DNA of 63,669 bases, the filler included, from Octopus bimaculoides (lineage: Eukaryota): NCBI RefSeq assembly GCF_001194135.2. It is 6 parts of 5 records of this genome, joined end to end, with 100 filler letters (N's around TTAATTAATTAA, not from the genome) between each part and the next. Parts side by side here need not be neighbours in the genome. Positions count along the whole stretch, not along the records: positions 1 to 22,839 come from NC_069000.1; positions 22,940 to 45,024 come from NC_069000.1; 4 more parts are not named here. One strand, written 5' to 3'. The translations under genes and the position numbers were made by a program. Under the pieces are notes generated by a model. The model ran no database searches and was not told the origin of the DNA. It saw nothing but the letters and a program-made list of their open reading frames with translations. This document shows, one piece after another, positions 21,433-34,983 of this stretch (positions within the stretch are counted from its first letter, which is position 1; each line of letters starts with the position of its first letter).

Positions 21433-22510
21433 AAACTATATATTAACCCTCCAGCCTAATAATGATAATGTTATTGTAGTTAATTTTTCGTTATTCTAAA
21501 ATTCAAATGTGTTTACGTAAGTGCTAAAGGATATCTATTTAATCTAATGTCTACTTCCTTTTAAAACTCAGAAAAAACTACAAAAATATATGGAAACGAA
21601 GGCAGAGTTACAGATTTTTAAGGAATGCTATTCTAAAAAACGATACTATTTCTTATATTTTAAATAAATTTGGGAATTTATTCGAAACGGAAAATTTTCA
21701 AAAAGTAAACAGTAACAATGAAGTTAAGGCAAGGGACATAACTCTAACGTTACTAAATTATTTTCAGAAATTATTTTGAGTTTAACCTAGAATGTCTAAC
21801 GGTCAGGAAAATGGCAGTTTTTAAGTTTTACATTTTTAATTATTTACTATTGATATGAAACCTGTCAGTTATATCGTGTGTTTCAGAAACAATCAAATCA
21901 CTATGCTCACAATACATTTAACATATATCATACAATGCATTTTTTTTCACAATTATTAGACTGTTTTATTTTGTTTTGTTTTTGGTGGTCGGAGTTAAAC
22001 TATGTATTAAACCCCTCAGCTTAATAATGACAATGTTATTTTAGTTAATTTTTCGTTATTCTAAAATTAATTGAAACAAAGGATGCATATTTCAAATGTT
22101 TTTATGAAAGTGCTAAAGGATAACTACTTAATCGAATGTCTACTTCATTTTAAAACTCAGGAAAAACTACAAAGATATATGAAAACGAAGGCAGAATTAC
22201 AGATTTTTAAGGAATGCTATTTTAAAAAACGATATTATTTCTTATATTTTAAATAAATTTTTGTATCTAACTATTAGTAACGGAAATTTTTCAAAAAGTA
22301 AACAGGAATAATGAAGTTCAGGGAAGAGACATAACTCTAACGTTACTAAATTATTTTCAGAAAGTTGTTATTTTTGAATTTAACCTAGAATGTCTAACGG
22401 TAAGGAAAAGGGCGGTTTTAAAATTCTACTTCAAACGTGTCGGTTATATAGTGTGTATCAGAAACAATCAAATCGCTGTACTTACAATACATATAACATA
22501 TATCATACAT
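21381..22510. repeat. Direct tandem duplication of a ~560-bp AT-rich unit (21381-21936; 21944-22510)
   Basis: Colinear blocks, e.g. GAAGGCAGA(G/A)TTACAGATTTTTAAGGAATGCTATT and GACATAACTCTAACGTTACTAAATTATTTTCAGAAA, occur in both units. Confidence 0.9.
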
Positions 22511-22939
22511 TAGATATAATACATATATCTCGGTCACTGAATATTTTTACAAATTTTTTGGCAGAAAATCATTTTAATTTTACTTTTTTTAATACCATAT
22601 CGTGCACCCAAAGAGCAATTTCCTACTTTTAAATTACCACTGGGGGTAAATAACCAAATAAATTATTCATTGTAATTTGAATTTTAAGAAAAGGTTTTGA
22701 ATGTACCACAGTTTCTGTTAAATTAATGTATGTATGGTGTTAAGTGTATGTCAATTCCGCGACGGGGTTTCGCATCAGGGCACCCATGTAAGAAAATTTC
22801 CCCATTTTGACTAGAATTTCTCCCCCGCCCCACTTTTTTNNNNNNNNNNNNNNNNNNNNNNNNNNNNNNNNNNNNNNNNNNNNTTAATTAATTAANNNNN
22901 NNNNNNNNNNNNNNNNNNNNNNNNNNNNNNNNNNNNNNN

Positions 22940-22974
<35 letters not shown>

Positions 22975-23344
22975 ATTATATATGGGTGTATGTATACATA
23001 TATGTATGTTTATTTGTATGCATGCTAGTATACACACATATTCATATATGCGCTCGTATATGAGTTATATGTACGTGCGTTTATATACATGTACGTGAAC
23101 GCACTCGAACCTACACATTCACACTCACACACACACAAATCTACATACACACACATGCGCACGCACAACCGAGAACACACATACATATTTACATGTATTG
23201 TAGAACAGAATGTCTCACTAAAATTTGTTTTGATATTTGTATCCAACAATCTCATGTTTGTTGGAAATTTTCGGAGCGAAATGAAATTGTTACATACCAA
23301 CATGCAAACATACATACATACATACATATACATATATACATATA

Positions 23345-23490
23345 CATATTAGAAGTTTGCTTCTCAACCACATGGTTCCAGGTTCAATCCCACTGAATTA
23401 CATCTTGGGCAAGTGTTTCCTACTATATCCCCAAATTGACCAAGACCTTATGACTGGATTTAGTAGACAGAAATTGAGAGAAACCCATCA
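23345..23490 (+). mobile_element. SINE family A head only
   Basis: AGAAGTTTGCTTC..AACCACATGGTTCCAGGTTCAATCCCACTG...GGATTT.GTAGACAGAAA. Confidence 0.75.
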
Positions 23491-24204
23491 TATATACTGT
23501 ATTTTAATTGTATAAGGAACCCTCATGTATAAGGAATCCCCTAAATTTTGGGGCTTAAAATTTAGAGAAAAGGTTTTGTAAGGGATTGTAACACACTATC
23601 AATGTGTAAGAAACTCCCAAACTTCTAACCACACAGTCATGCCTGCACATATATATGTAGAAGATTTTGATTTGTACTCAGAAGTTTTGTTTTTTGATGA
23701 TTGATCAGTTTTTGTATGAGTAAAACAGCCTGATGAAGATTATTGTTATAGTTACAAGTATTATTTGTAGCAGAAGTAGCAGGTTTTTTTTTTAAAGAAA
23801 GAATGAGAAGCAAGAAAAAGAAACTGATGGGCATCTATTAGGGGTTTATGAATATCGGTAATTCCAATCTATTAGGGCCTTTATGGATATATGTAAGTAA
23901 TTCTAAAGAATCTTCATGTGAGATTCTTTACATGACTAGATGCACCCACTTAGGTCTGCACTTCGATAGTTGAACGAAGGTAGCCACATATTGGAAAGTA
24001 ACTCAAACTGTTGTAATTTAAATGTCTTACCGCTTTTTTCTTTAGCGACCGACTTGAACTGCCTGAAGCTTCAAAGAAAAAAAAACGTACATGCATGCCT
24101 ACGCAACACACTGACATCCACACACACAAACACTGCCATATTCAAAGTGAAACGCAATCCTGTTCTGCTTTTATACTTTTCACTTACTGTATGTACATTT
24201 AATT

Positions 24205-24415
24205 AAGACAGTGAGCTGGCAGAAACGTTAGCACGCCGGGCGAAACGCTTAACGGCATTGCGTCTGTCTTTACGTTCTGAGTTCAAATTCCGCCGAGGTC
24301 GACTTTGTCTTTCATCCTTTCGGGATCGATAAATTAAATACCAGTTGCATACTGGAGTCGATCTAATCGACTGGCCTCGTTCCCAAAAATTTCGGGCCAT
24401 GTGACTATAGTAGAA
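24205..24415 (+). mobile_element. SINE family C, well preserved
   Basis: GAGCTGGCAGAAACGTTAGCACGCCGGGCGAAACGCTT...CCGCCGAGGTCGACTTTG.CTTTCATCCTTTCGGGATCGATAAATT. Confidence 0.9.
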
Positions 24416-24695
24416 AGGAATATCTACATTTCTAATACTCCTCTATTTTTGAACCTACTGTTGAACTCCTTGAGTGTTTTTTACCTTTTGTAACGAGTAA
24501 ACTTTGTGCTGTCATGCACACACACTCACATATATATATATATATATATGCATATACATGCATACATACATTCATACACACACATACACAGATATATATA
24601 CACACATATCTATATGTATATATATATATATATATTCTAAGGCACACTTTTACAGGTAGACAGAAACATATACACATATATACATACGTACGTTG

Positions 24696-24751
<56 letters not shown>

Positions 24752-25855
24752 TATATATATATACACAAACATACATATGTATATATGTATATATATGTAT
24801 ACATACATATGCGTGTGTATGTGTGTGTGTGCGTGTGCGTTTGTGTGCGTGTGTGTATGAGTGTTACGGTGAGTGTGTGTGTGTGTGTGTGTGTGTTGTG
24901 ATTAACTAGTTGGTTATATAATTAACTAAAACGAACAGTTCCACTGATCTCACCAGAAAAATAACGTAATAGAAGCAAATTTGCGAAAACATCATTTTAT
25001 GACGTCATCGAAACCTATTTGTTGCACCATTCGTTGATGGAATTTCAGACTTTATGGAATTACTATATTATGGATAATTTGATTATCTTCATTGAAAGAA
25101 AGAATTATTGGTAAGAATTTAATCTTTACTTTTTCTGTTTAGAAATCTAATATCTGTTCTTTTTGGCAAGCCATAGTTACACAGCTGAGGGTGAAGCAGT
25201 CATTTTGGATTGTGATAATATTTAAACTGTAAACCGAATTTCCAAGCTTCGCACGTCGCCAGTTACATATTCGTGTGCACCTTATTACATTAGCTTATGT
25301 ATGGATTTTTTTCTTCTTGTTTTGTGTGTAGTTTATTTATTCATCACCTACACTCACCACGAAACTGCACTGAACGAAGAGTTAAGAAGTGTAAATATGA
25401 TATTTGTTGCTTGAGTTACACCGACATATATGAATATAACACACACACACACACACACACANNNNNNNNNNNNNNNNNNNNNNNNNNNNNNNNNNNNNNN
25501 NNNNNNNNNNNNNNNNNNNNNNNNNNNNNNNNNNNNNNNNNNNNNNNNNNNNNNNNNNNNNNNNNNNNNNNNNNNNNNNNNNNNNNNNNNNNNNNNNNNN
25601 NNNNNNNNNNNNNNNNNNNNNNNNNNNNNNNNNNNNNNNNNNNNNNNNNNNNNNNNNNNNNNNNNNNNNNNNNNNNNNNNNNNNNNNNNNNNNNNNNNNN
25701 NNNNNNNNNNNNNNNNNNNNNNNNNNNNNNTATATATACATACATATATATATATATACATATATGTATGTACAGACAGAAAAAGAGAGAGGAGAGCAGG
25801 TAGCGATAGGGAGAGAAAGAGATAGAAAGGAATAGAGACTCGCACATCCGCGCGC

Positions 25856-25887
<32 letters not shown>

Positions 25888-25908
25888 AAGCATGTGTGTT
25901 TGCGTGTA

Positions 25909-25948
<40 letters not shown>

Positions 25949-26612
25949 TAAGTATATATATCAACTATATCCACATGTATGTATATACTGATATCTATGT
26001 GCACATATTTATGAATATATACACATACCCATATATCTTTTCCATGTTAAAAGTTATTCATATTGTTTCTCTTACGTAAAACCCTAACACTCTCTATGAA
26101 CACAGTACAGGATTGTTGAAAGTATGTCTTTAGGTTAACTTCTGGCTGCATTCACAAACCAATTTCTACGTGAACCTATAGGGCATATCAATAATAAATA
26201 ACTGTGCAACAGCACTCATTGTCATATGTATATCATCGATGTTCAATAATGTTATATTATGCTTTCTTCTTTAGCGTTAGCAGTGACACGAATGCCTAGA
26301 TTTGGAGCTAATTCACTAATTCAAAGTCGTACGTGTAGGAGTAAGACTATTGTTGTTACAAATACACCCACACCCACGGAATCGCACATCGACACACCAC
26401 GATGAAGATGCGCATGTACGCGAAAAGACATACACACCCGTGCACGCGCGCGCGCGCACATACACACAAAAACAGACAGACATATCTATATGGAAATATA
26501 GGTGCACATATATTATTTATGTATATAATTGTTCGTAGACGATGACACATCTACAAGAAATCTCAAGAAAAATATATTTGTACATGCATATGTTTATACA
26601 TACATGCATAAA

Positions 26613-26646
<34 letters not shown>

Positions 26647-26839
26647 NNNNNNNNNNNNNNNNNNNNNNNNNNNNNNNNNTATATATAATATATATATATA
26701 TATTGAGAGAGAGAGAGAGAGGGAAAGACAGACGCATTAGAATGCACATATAAGTATCACCATATATGTATTCACATGCGTATATATTCATTTGCATATA
26801 CTTATACAAATTTACATTAGCATGTGTGAATATGAGTAT

Positions 26840-26870
<31 letters not shown>

Positions 26871-27162
26871 TGTTTATACATATATATATACATTTATACA
26901 TACACATACGCACATACATTTACATATATAAATATATATATATAAATCTGCCTCTCTAAGCACACACACACCATACGCATGCGCACACTGAAGCTCGCAC
27001 ATACATGTGTATTACATATATATATATATCATATATACATATGCATATACATGATATGTATATACATATTAGCACACATATATACATAAATATAGATGTG
27101 TCTGAGTATATGTGTGTGTACATATATATGTGTATTAACGAATATATTTGTATGTTTTATGT

Positions 27163-27200
<38 letters not shown>

Positions 27201-27399
27201 ACATTGCATATAGATGTACATATATACATACGACGTAATAAATGATAAAAAATACGAAGAATATGAAGTTGGAAACTTCAAACGAAATCTGATAATGAGA
27301 ATAGAAGTGGATATACAAGGAGGAGAAAAAATTTGTCGAAAATCTGAACAAGGAGGAGAAGATATCACAAGACTGTACGAGGTATAGGTAAAGAGTTGA

Positions 27400-28095
27400 T
27401 GAACAGAATAGAAGAGAGAGTGAGAGAGAGAGAGAGAGAGGGAGAGGGGGACGCAATGTGAGAGACAAGGGTGGGGGTGGAGAAGTTAGGGGAGGTTGAG
27501 CGATATTCAGTGAAGAGTTATATTGAGAGCGTTCGGAAAAGTGACAGAAGTTTGAAAAGGATGAGAGAGTCGGAAAGACTAAGAGAGAAGAGAAAAAAGA
27601 GAGAGAAAGAAAGGAGGAAGAGTTAGAGAGAGAGAGAGAAAGAGAGGGGAAGAGTGAAAGAGGAGAGAAGTAAAGAGAGAAAGAAAAATAGAGGGAAGAG
27701 AGAGAAAAGAATGAGCGAGATTTAGTGTGGATTTATGAGATTGAGGGAGTTTGCAAAAGTATTTGTGTGAGAGGTAAAAGGATGACAGTCAGAGAAAGAA
27801 GGGGAGGGAGAGAGAGAGAGAGAGAAAGAGGAATAGGAGGAGAGAAGAAGAAGGAGAGAGAGTTGGGTGGGAGGTGGGTGGAAGGGAGAGGAAGATTGAT
27901 TTGGGGTAAAGATTTATAGAGAGGTATTTGAGAAGGGAGGGATTGATAGGAGAGTGAAAGAAGATATAAGAGATAGTAAGAGAGGGCGAGAGTGGGATAA
28001 AGAAAGAGAGAGAGAGAGAGAGAGAAGAAAGCAGAGAAAGGCAGAGAAAGGCAGAGAGAAACACAGATATATATATATCTATATAGAGAGAGAGA
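27400..28095. repeat. Long purine-rich (GA)n cryptic tract
   Basis: Direct reading; strongly strand-asymmetric AG content. Confidence 0.9.
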
Positions 28096-28201
28096 ATGGG
28101 AGACAGAATTGGCGAAAGGTACGTTAAGTGAACACCGACGTTCATTACACGATGGAATGTGAAAGAGCACTCATACATACACATACACACACACACACAC
28201 A

Positions 28202-28239
<38 letters not shown>

Positions 28240-28388
28240 CACACACACGCACTTACTCACTCACACACACATCCATACACACATACACACTCACACACAT
28301 ACACACACATTCGTATTCGAAAATTAAAGATGACATGGTATAATCTAATATACACGCTTAACTCTCTCTCTCTCTCTTTATATATATA

Positions 28389-28436
<48 letters not shown>

Positions 28437-28639
28437 CACGTGTGTAAGCGTGTATGCGTGTGTGTGTGTATACTGATCCTCCCCTTACAACTATTCTTTA
28501 CTTTGTGGAATCGATCCTCTGTAAAGACATCGGAGTCTAAGTTTGAATCTTTGAGCACTACTAAATGTTTTCTATGCTGAGAATCTTTCGATCCATTCTG
28601 TGGCCTATATACAGATATATACATATATATACATACATA

Positions 28640-28990
28640 TATGGAAGACCAGTAATCACTCATGCATAGCAGCTCCACTCTCCACGCCATTATATGTACT
28701 TAGGGTAAAGGGCAAAGAACCCACATGGGATTGCACCTAGAAAGTTATTCTCCGAGGCCCATGTCCAGGCAAGTTTATTTATGGAAGACCAGCAGTGCCT
28801 ATGTATACCATCCACGTCTCTCCGCGCCACCGATGTAGCCTAAGGGAAAGGCAAAGGCCGATACAGCTTGGCACCAGTGAAGTCGCAACTCATTTCTACA
28901 GCTGAGTGAACACAACACACAGCGCAGTCCGGGAATCGAACTCACTACCCTATGATTGTGAACCCGTCGTTCTAAGCAATGAGCCATGCA
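28640..28990 (-). mobile_element. tRNA-headed SINE (family D) with a tandemly repeated 3' segment
   Basis: Head GGGAATCGAACTC (reverse complement of a B box); the ATGGAAGACCAG block occurs twice (28641, 28781). Confidence 0.75.
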
Positions 28991-29229
28991 CTAATAACCG
29001 TTTAATAACCGTTTTATCTTGTTTAGTGCCAATAATGACTTCTTTCACGATGTTATTGCTCTGCTCCACGAATTCGCCACTTTCTCACTGATGAAGGTAT
29101 GCATATGCTTGTTACTCGTTCTGTGTCCCACGAATCTGCAGGATTTAATTCTTGCACAAGAAATGCGATGTGTTGAGTACAAGTTATAGTCTACTTGTAA
29201 TTAGCTTCAATATTTTGATCTCAGTTAAG

Positions 29230-29800
29230 GCAACGAATCGTTAGCACTTCGGGCAAAAAGCTTATCGACATTTTACCAATCTCCACGTTCTGAGTTGAAA
29301 TTCCGCCGAGGTCGACTTCATCTTTCATCCTTCCGGGATCATAAAATAAGTACCAAAAATTGCTGGTCTTGCGCCAAATCAGTAATTTAATCTCAGTCTA
29401 TTTGATTCCATATAATGTATGCTTTTGTCATGTTTTTGTAACTTTACGCATTTGAAATAGGCGAACATACGTTTGTAGTTTGTCTTCATTTTTTTTTTAT
29501 TAAATACTGGGACTCATAAAGTCGGTTACCCAGATTCCATGGTGTATAAGCGACCGGAATCTCATTATTCTTCTAGAACGGTATGCTCATACGTTGCAGG
29601 GTTCAATACAAGTAATTTTTGAGAGGAAAAGGCCAAGTTGATTACATTTATCCCAGCATTTGAGTAGTAACTTCATTTCATTGACCCCGAACGAATGAAA
29701 AGCAAAGTTGACCCCAACGGGATCTGAACTCAGAACTTAAAGAGCCTGAAGAAATGCAGCTGAACGTTTGTCCGAAGAGCTAATAATTCTTCCCGCTCGG
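29230..29800. mobile_element. Two degenerate family C SINEs (29230-29380 on +; 29600-29800 on -)
   Basis: Similarity to 24205-24415. Confidence 0.7.
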
Positions 29801-30428
29801 TGCCCTACGTCTGTTCATAACAGCTTTTAATTACTTCTTTGGTTGTACACATAGATTTATGTATAGTAGCAATACTGCATATATTTTATAATAACGTCGT
29901 TATTAACAACTTATTGTTATGAGGCTTATACTTCAGAGACTGGCTGAACGAAAATTCGTCTTTACTTCTATCCAATATGTAGAGTAGGTGCCACGTTGTC
30001 CCATACTTTTTACTCGATAAATATCTAACCCTTTCATTCTGTCTAAGAATGATTTTTCTCGCCGTATATCGAAATTTTTGCAAAAATATTTCAAAATGAC
30101 TATCGGTAGTTGATCGCTGTGTAACCTTCTACCATACTACAAAATGCTTCAAATAAATCAAAATGTTTTTTACTTGCTTAGCATGTGTTTTATATTCAAA
30201 GAGTTTTGTCGCCATAAATCGAATATTAGTGCAAAGGGTAAACATATCAGGTCTGATATAGTTTTTTTTTTTAGAATAGAAAAGTAAAAAAAAAAAAAAT
30301 GTCCTGTAGTCATAGAGGTATTGCCCTATAAATGTGAACACAACCAACAAAACCTCTACGAAGGGGAATATTTGCGAACAACTGGTTTGAAACCTGCAGC
30401 TTCTCTACCCTAATTTCAAATTCAGATT

Positions 30429-30653
30429 TAGGAGGGGGTGCTGAAAAGTTCCTGGCTTTGGATAAAAGAAAATACAGGAGGATCAGATCAGTTAATTATG
30501 ATTTTATTCAATATATTCCCCCCTCAGAGTTACACACTTACTGTAGTGGTCCTTCAGTTTTCCTAAGATTTGCAAAAGAGCTCGGAAGCTTGGGCCTCCA
30601 ACGAGGTCTTTCGCGAAACCCTTAAAGCCAGGAACTTTTCAGTACCTCATCGT
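30429..30653 (-). mobile_element. Mariner-derived MITE (~225 bp)
   Basis: TIRs GAGGGGGTGCTGAAAAGTTCCTGGCTTT and AAAGCCAGGAACTTTTCAGTACCTCATC. The interior keeps the transposase C-terminus GKLKDHYSKCVTLRGEYIE* on the minus strand. Confidence 0.85.
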
Positions 30654-30962
30654 TTACCAGAATTTTTGGAGTACTTGTTTATTTTAGTAAATGTCTAATC
30701 TGAAAAAGTAAAATTTTCAAGTAAAGAAAGGAACTAACTAACAGGCACTCTGTTAATACAATCTGTAAGTGGAATAGGAAAGGTGTGTAAGGATTTTCTA
30801 AAAGTTCAACATGTAATTCCTATCGTAGTTATCTAAATTCCAGGGATCCAGCCTTGCTTCTCTGTTTGCCTTGTTTCCTTTTAGGAAGAACTCAAAGAAT
30901 TAAAACAGAAAACGAAACATTCAATAACATTTTAAAATAAAAGAGTAAAGAGCTATTTCAGT

Positions 30963-31442
30963 CACAAATGACCATGGATTGCATCAAGAAAGTTCTGTCA
31001 CCCCGAGGCGAAAGTCCGAGCAAGGTCGTTTATGGAAGACCAATAGTCGCCCGTGCATACCAGCCTTCCTTCTCCACACCATTATATGTACATAGGGTAA
31101 TGGTTAAAGACCACCTTGTGTCACAAATGACCATAGGATTGCACCTACAACGTTACCCTCCCATGGGCAATTCGGAGTAAGGTTGTTTATAGAAGACCAG
31201 CAGTCACCCATGCATACCAGCCTCACCTCTCCATGCCACTCATGTTATCCAAGAGCAAAGCAAAGGCCAATACAGTTTGGCACCAGTGACGTCACAACTT
31301 ATTTCTACAAATGAGTGAACTGGAGCTACGTGAAATAAAGTGTCTCGCTGGAGAACACAACAGAACAGAGAGCCTGGTGCAGGAATCAAAATCACTACCT
31401 CACGACTGTGAGCCCCAAACTCTAACAACTGGGCCAAGCGCT
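30963..31442 (-). mobile_element. SINE family D with a tandemly repeated 3' segment
   Basis: CACAAATGACCAT(G/AG)GATTGCA occurs at 30963 and 31122. CORE-like AAAGTGTCTCGCTGGAGAACACAAC. Confidence 0.75.
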
Positions 31443-31529
31443 TTCTCCTAAGAAAATAACTTATCAGAAACACATATGAGATATTAGTCGAAGTACTGGA
31501 TAAATGCTAGTAGTAACATGTGACTGGGG

Positions 31530-32175
31530 ACATGATTGTGTTATTGTGGTGGCCGTGGTGGTTGTGGTATTTGTGTTGCTGGTATTTGCGATTATGGTAT
31601 TCCTGATATTGTGGTAATATTCTAGGTACAATCCTATGGTCATTCGTGACCGAAGGAGGTCTTTACCCTTTACTATATTGATGGTCGTTATAGTAGCGTT
31701 ATTAGTCTATAGTCTAAGTTGGTAGTGTTGTTGTTGTTTCTGTGTTGGTAGTGTTTGTGTTGTTGTTGTTGATGGTATTACAGGTTTCCATACTAATATT
31801 GTTGTTTGTTGCTACTCTTCTTGTTGATGGTGTTGTTGGTGTTAGCTGTGGCATTGGTAAGTTGTCGGTGGTTTTGGTGATCGCAATTTTTGGTGGTAGA
31901 GGCGTTGGTGATGGGGTGAGGTGACAATGTAATTGTTGTTGAAGATGGCGGTGGTGATGTTGATAATATTGCTGCAGTTGGTCGTTATCGTTTGGTGTTC
32001 ATGGTACCAGTAGAGGTACTGGTGCCCGTCGTTGCATATTAGTCGTAGTCTTTGATGTCAGTGGTCGTGGTCATGGTGATACTGGAGTTGTTGGTGTTGC
32101 TGTTATTGTTGGTAGTGAGGTTTATGCTGTTAGTGGTAGCGGTGTTGGTAGTGATGATAGCAGTGGTACTTCAAA
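31530..32175. repeat. Cryptic (GGT/GTT/GAT)n low-complexity tract
   Basis: Direct reading. Confidence 0.85.
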
Positions 32176-32442
32176 ACTCCTCCTACTGACTGGAGGTGAA
32201 ACGGCAATTCAGAAATTATAGCCGGTGGGTATGTTGTTATAATGTGTGAGGCGAAAGAAACACTCCACCTCCATCCAACAGATATTTACTTCTAGCGCTC
32301 GCTAGTGATGACAGCACGCATGCCCCCAAGTTACGCAGAACTGGAGAGGAAATAACGGAGGCGAGAGAGAGGCGGGGGCAAAGCACGTGAGAGACAGAAA
32401 GAAAAGAGAGATTGGGTGAGAGAGAGAGAGAGGGAAAGAAGA

Positions 32443-32481
<39 letters not shown>

Positions 32482-32604
32482 GGAGAGAGGCAGAGTGAGA
32501 TTCAGTGAGTCTTGAAGAATGCGAGGAGATAAATCGATGCTATTGTGCTCAGATGATTAGAGGAGAATGGGCGGTGAGACGAGGAGTCAAAATGGAAAAT
32601 AGGA

Positions 32605-32626
32605 ATGATGATTATGATGATGATGG

Positions 32627-32674
<48 letters not shown>

Positions 32675-32687
32675 CGATGACGATGAC

Positions 32688-32729
<42 letters not shown>

Positions 32730-32736
32730 AATGTTA

Positions 32737-32771
<35 letters not shown>

Positions 32772-32772
32772 A

Positions 32773-32804
<32 letters not shown>

Positions 32805-32915
32805 AATGATAATGATAATGATAATGATAATGATGATGATGATGATGACGATGATGATGATGATGATGATAATGATGATGATGATGATGATGATGAAGGT
32901 AATAATAATAATAAT
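32605..32915. repeat. (GAT)n/(AAT)n microsatellite
   Basis: Direct reading. Confidence 0.95.
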
Positions 32916-33447
32916 GGCAACAACAACCCTGTCTACAGTAGGTACTATAATAATTGCAATAGTAGTAGTAATAATAATANNNNNNNNNNNNNNNNNNNNN
33001 NNNNNNNNNNNNNNNNNNNNNNNNNNNNNNNNNNNNNNNNNNNNNNNNNNNNNNNNNNNNNNNNNNNNNNNNNNNNNNNNNNNNNNNNNNNNNNNNNNNN
33101 NNNNNNNNNNNNNNNNNNNNNNNNNNNNNNNNNNNNNNNNNNNNNNNNNNNNNNNNNNNNNNNNNNNNNNNNNNNNNNNNNNNNNNNNNNNNNNNNNNNN
33201 NNNNNNNNNNNNNNNNNNNNNNNNNNNNNNNNNNNNNNNNNNNNNNNNNNNNNNNNNNNNNNNNNNNNNNNNNNNNNNNNNNNNNNNNNNNNNNNNNNNN
33301 NNNNNNNNNNNNNNNNNNNNNNNNNNNNNNNNNNNNNNNNNNNNNNNNNNNNNNNNNNNNNNNNNNNNNNNNNNNNNNNNNNNNNNNNNNNNNNNNNNNN
33401 NNNNNNNNNNNNNNNNNNNNNNNNNNNNNNNNNNNNNNNNNNNNNNN

Positions 33448-33485
<38 letters not shown>

Positions 33486-33984
33486 TTGCGGTGTGTATTT
33501 ATGTGTGCATTTTGGATATACGTATGTAATTGTACATATTTATATATACACATACAGACACTCGCACACACATATATACACATATCATATATACCCATGT
33601 ATGTATATGTATAAGTAGTATATGTATACACACTTACATATATCTCTCATATACCTACTTATTGATTCGCGGAATAATTGAAGAGGCGGTAAAAAAATGC
33701 GTGAAAGACTATCAAATAAAGAAGCAGTGACGTAAAATGAATATATCAACTGCATTTCTTCAGGACATTTATATAGAATTCAGTAGTCTTTGATATTAGT
33801 TAGATGTGAGTGTAGGAACTTCTACACGTTATGTAGGTATTTGGAGTAGGTGAGAGAAAAAGTCAAGAAGACAGAGAGAAGGAGAAAAAGAGAGAAAGAG
33901 AGGAATAAAGACAGATAGATAGATAGAGAGAGTTGGAAGAGAGCTTGGCAAGCAGAAGTGCAAGTGTGTTATGTATATACACAT

Positions 33985-34195
33985 AAGGCGGCGAGCTGGC
34001 AGAAACGTTAGCTCGCCGGATGAAATGCTTAATGGTATTTCGTCTGTCTTTATGCTCTGAATTCAAATTACGCCGAGGTCAACTTTGCCATTAATTCTTT
34101 CGGGGTCGATACATTAAGTACGACTTGCGTACCGGGGTCGATCTAATCGACTGGCCTTCTCCCCCAAAATTTCGGGACTTGTGCCTAGAGTAGAA
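33985..34195 (+). mobile_element. SINE family C, full length
   Basis: AAGGCGGCGAGCTGGCAGAAACGTTAGC...CCCCCAAAATTTCGGG..TTGTGCCTAGAGTAGAAA. Confidence 0.9.
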
Positions 34196-34684
34196 AAAAA
34201 TATGTACACACACATGTGTATGTATATATATATATATATATATATATACAGTAGTTATATAATGATATATCATAATGTATATTCTCCAGTTTAAAGCAAC
34301 ATTTTATATAAACATTTATATAAATAATTTTATACAAAAAATAAAAAGAGAGAAGAGCTAACCGTAGCCAGAATCGAACCCACATATCAACGCTTACATG
34401 GTTCCATTTATATAAAATGTTTTAAATCAGAGAATATATAATACTATGATATATTATTATATCGCTATTACTGTACTAAGAGACTTCCATAGTTACCTTC
34501 TCTCCGTAACTTATATATATACATATGTGTGTGTGTGTGTGCATACACATACAATGGCTTCAATATTGAGCATTGAATATTGGAGCTGGTACATATTTCA
34601 ATTACGTAAACTTAATCGCGGTCTGTTCTCGGGTGCGTTTGTGTCGGTTTGTGTACGTGTGTTTGTCTTCACGTTTTTGTTGGA

Positions 34685-34890
34685 GAAGGCACGTGGCTTA
34701 GTGTTTAGGGTGTTGGACTCATGATCGTAAGATTGTGGTTTCGATTATGTATCGGGTGACGCATTGAGCAAAACACTTCAAGGCGGCAAAAATGAGTAAT
34801 CCTGCGACGGACCAAGGTCCCGTCCAGGTGGGGAATTTATACGCCATGGAAAACGGGAAATCGGCCCTTATGTGTCAGCCTGACTCGAGA
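34685..34890 (+). mobile_element. tRNA-derived SINE remnant (family D variant)
   Basis: GGCACGTGGCTTAGTGTTTAGGGTGTTGGACTCATGATCGTAAGATTGTGGTTTCGATT head. Confidence 0.7.
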
Positions 34891-34937
34891 CGGTAACTAC
34901 TACTTTGTGTTTCTGTGTGTGTACGGACGTATGTGTA

Positions 34938-34983
<46 letters not shown>

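Noticed and set aside
23730-23736. CTGATGA hammerhead-like core
   Set aside because: No stem II or downstream GAAA.
29088-29094. CTGATGA hammerhead-like core
   Set aside because: No GAAA and no stem I or III partner.
32505-32960. Poly-Asp/poly-Met/poly-Ser/poly-His ORFs
   Set aside because: A pure (GAT)n microsatellite read in different frames; no splice or homology support.
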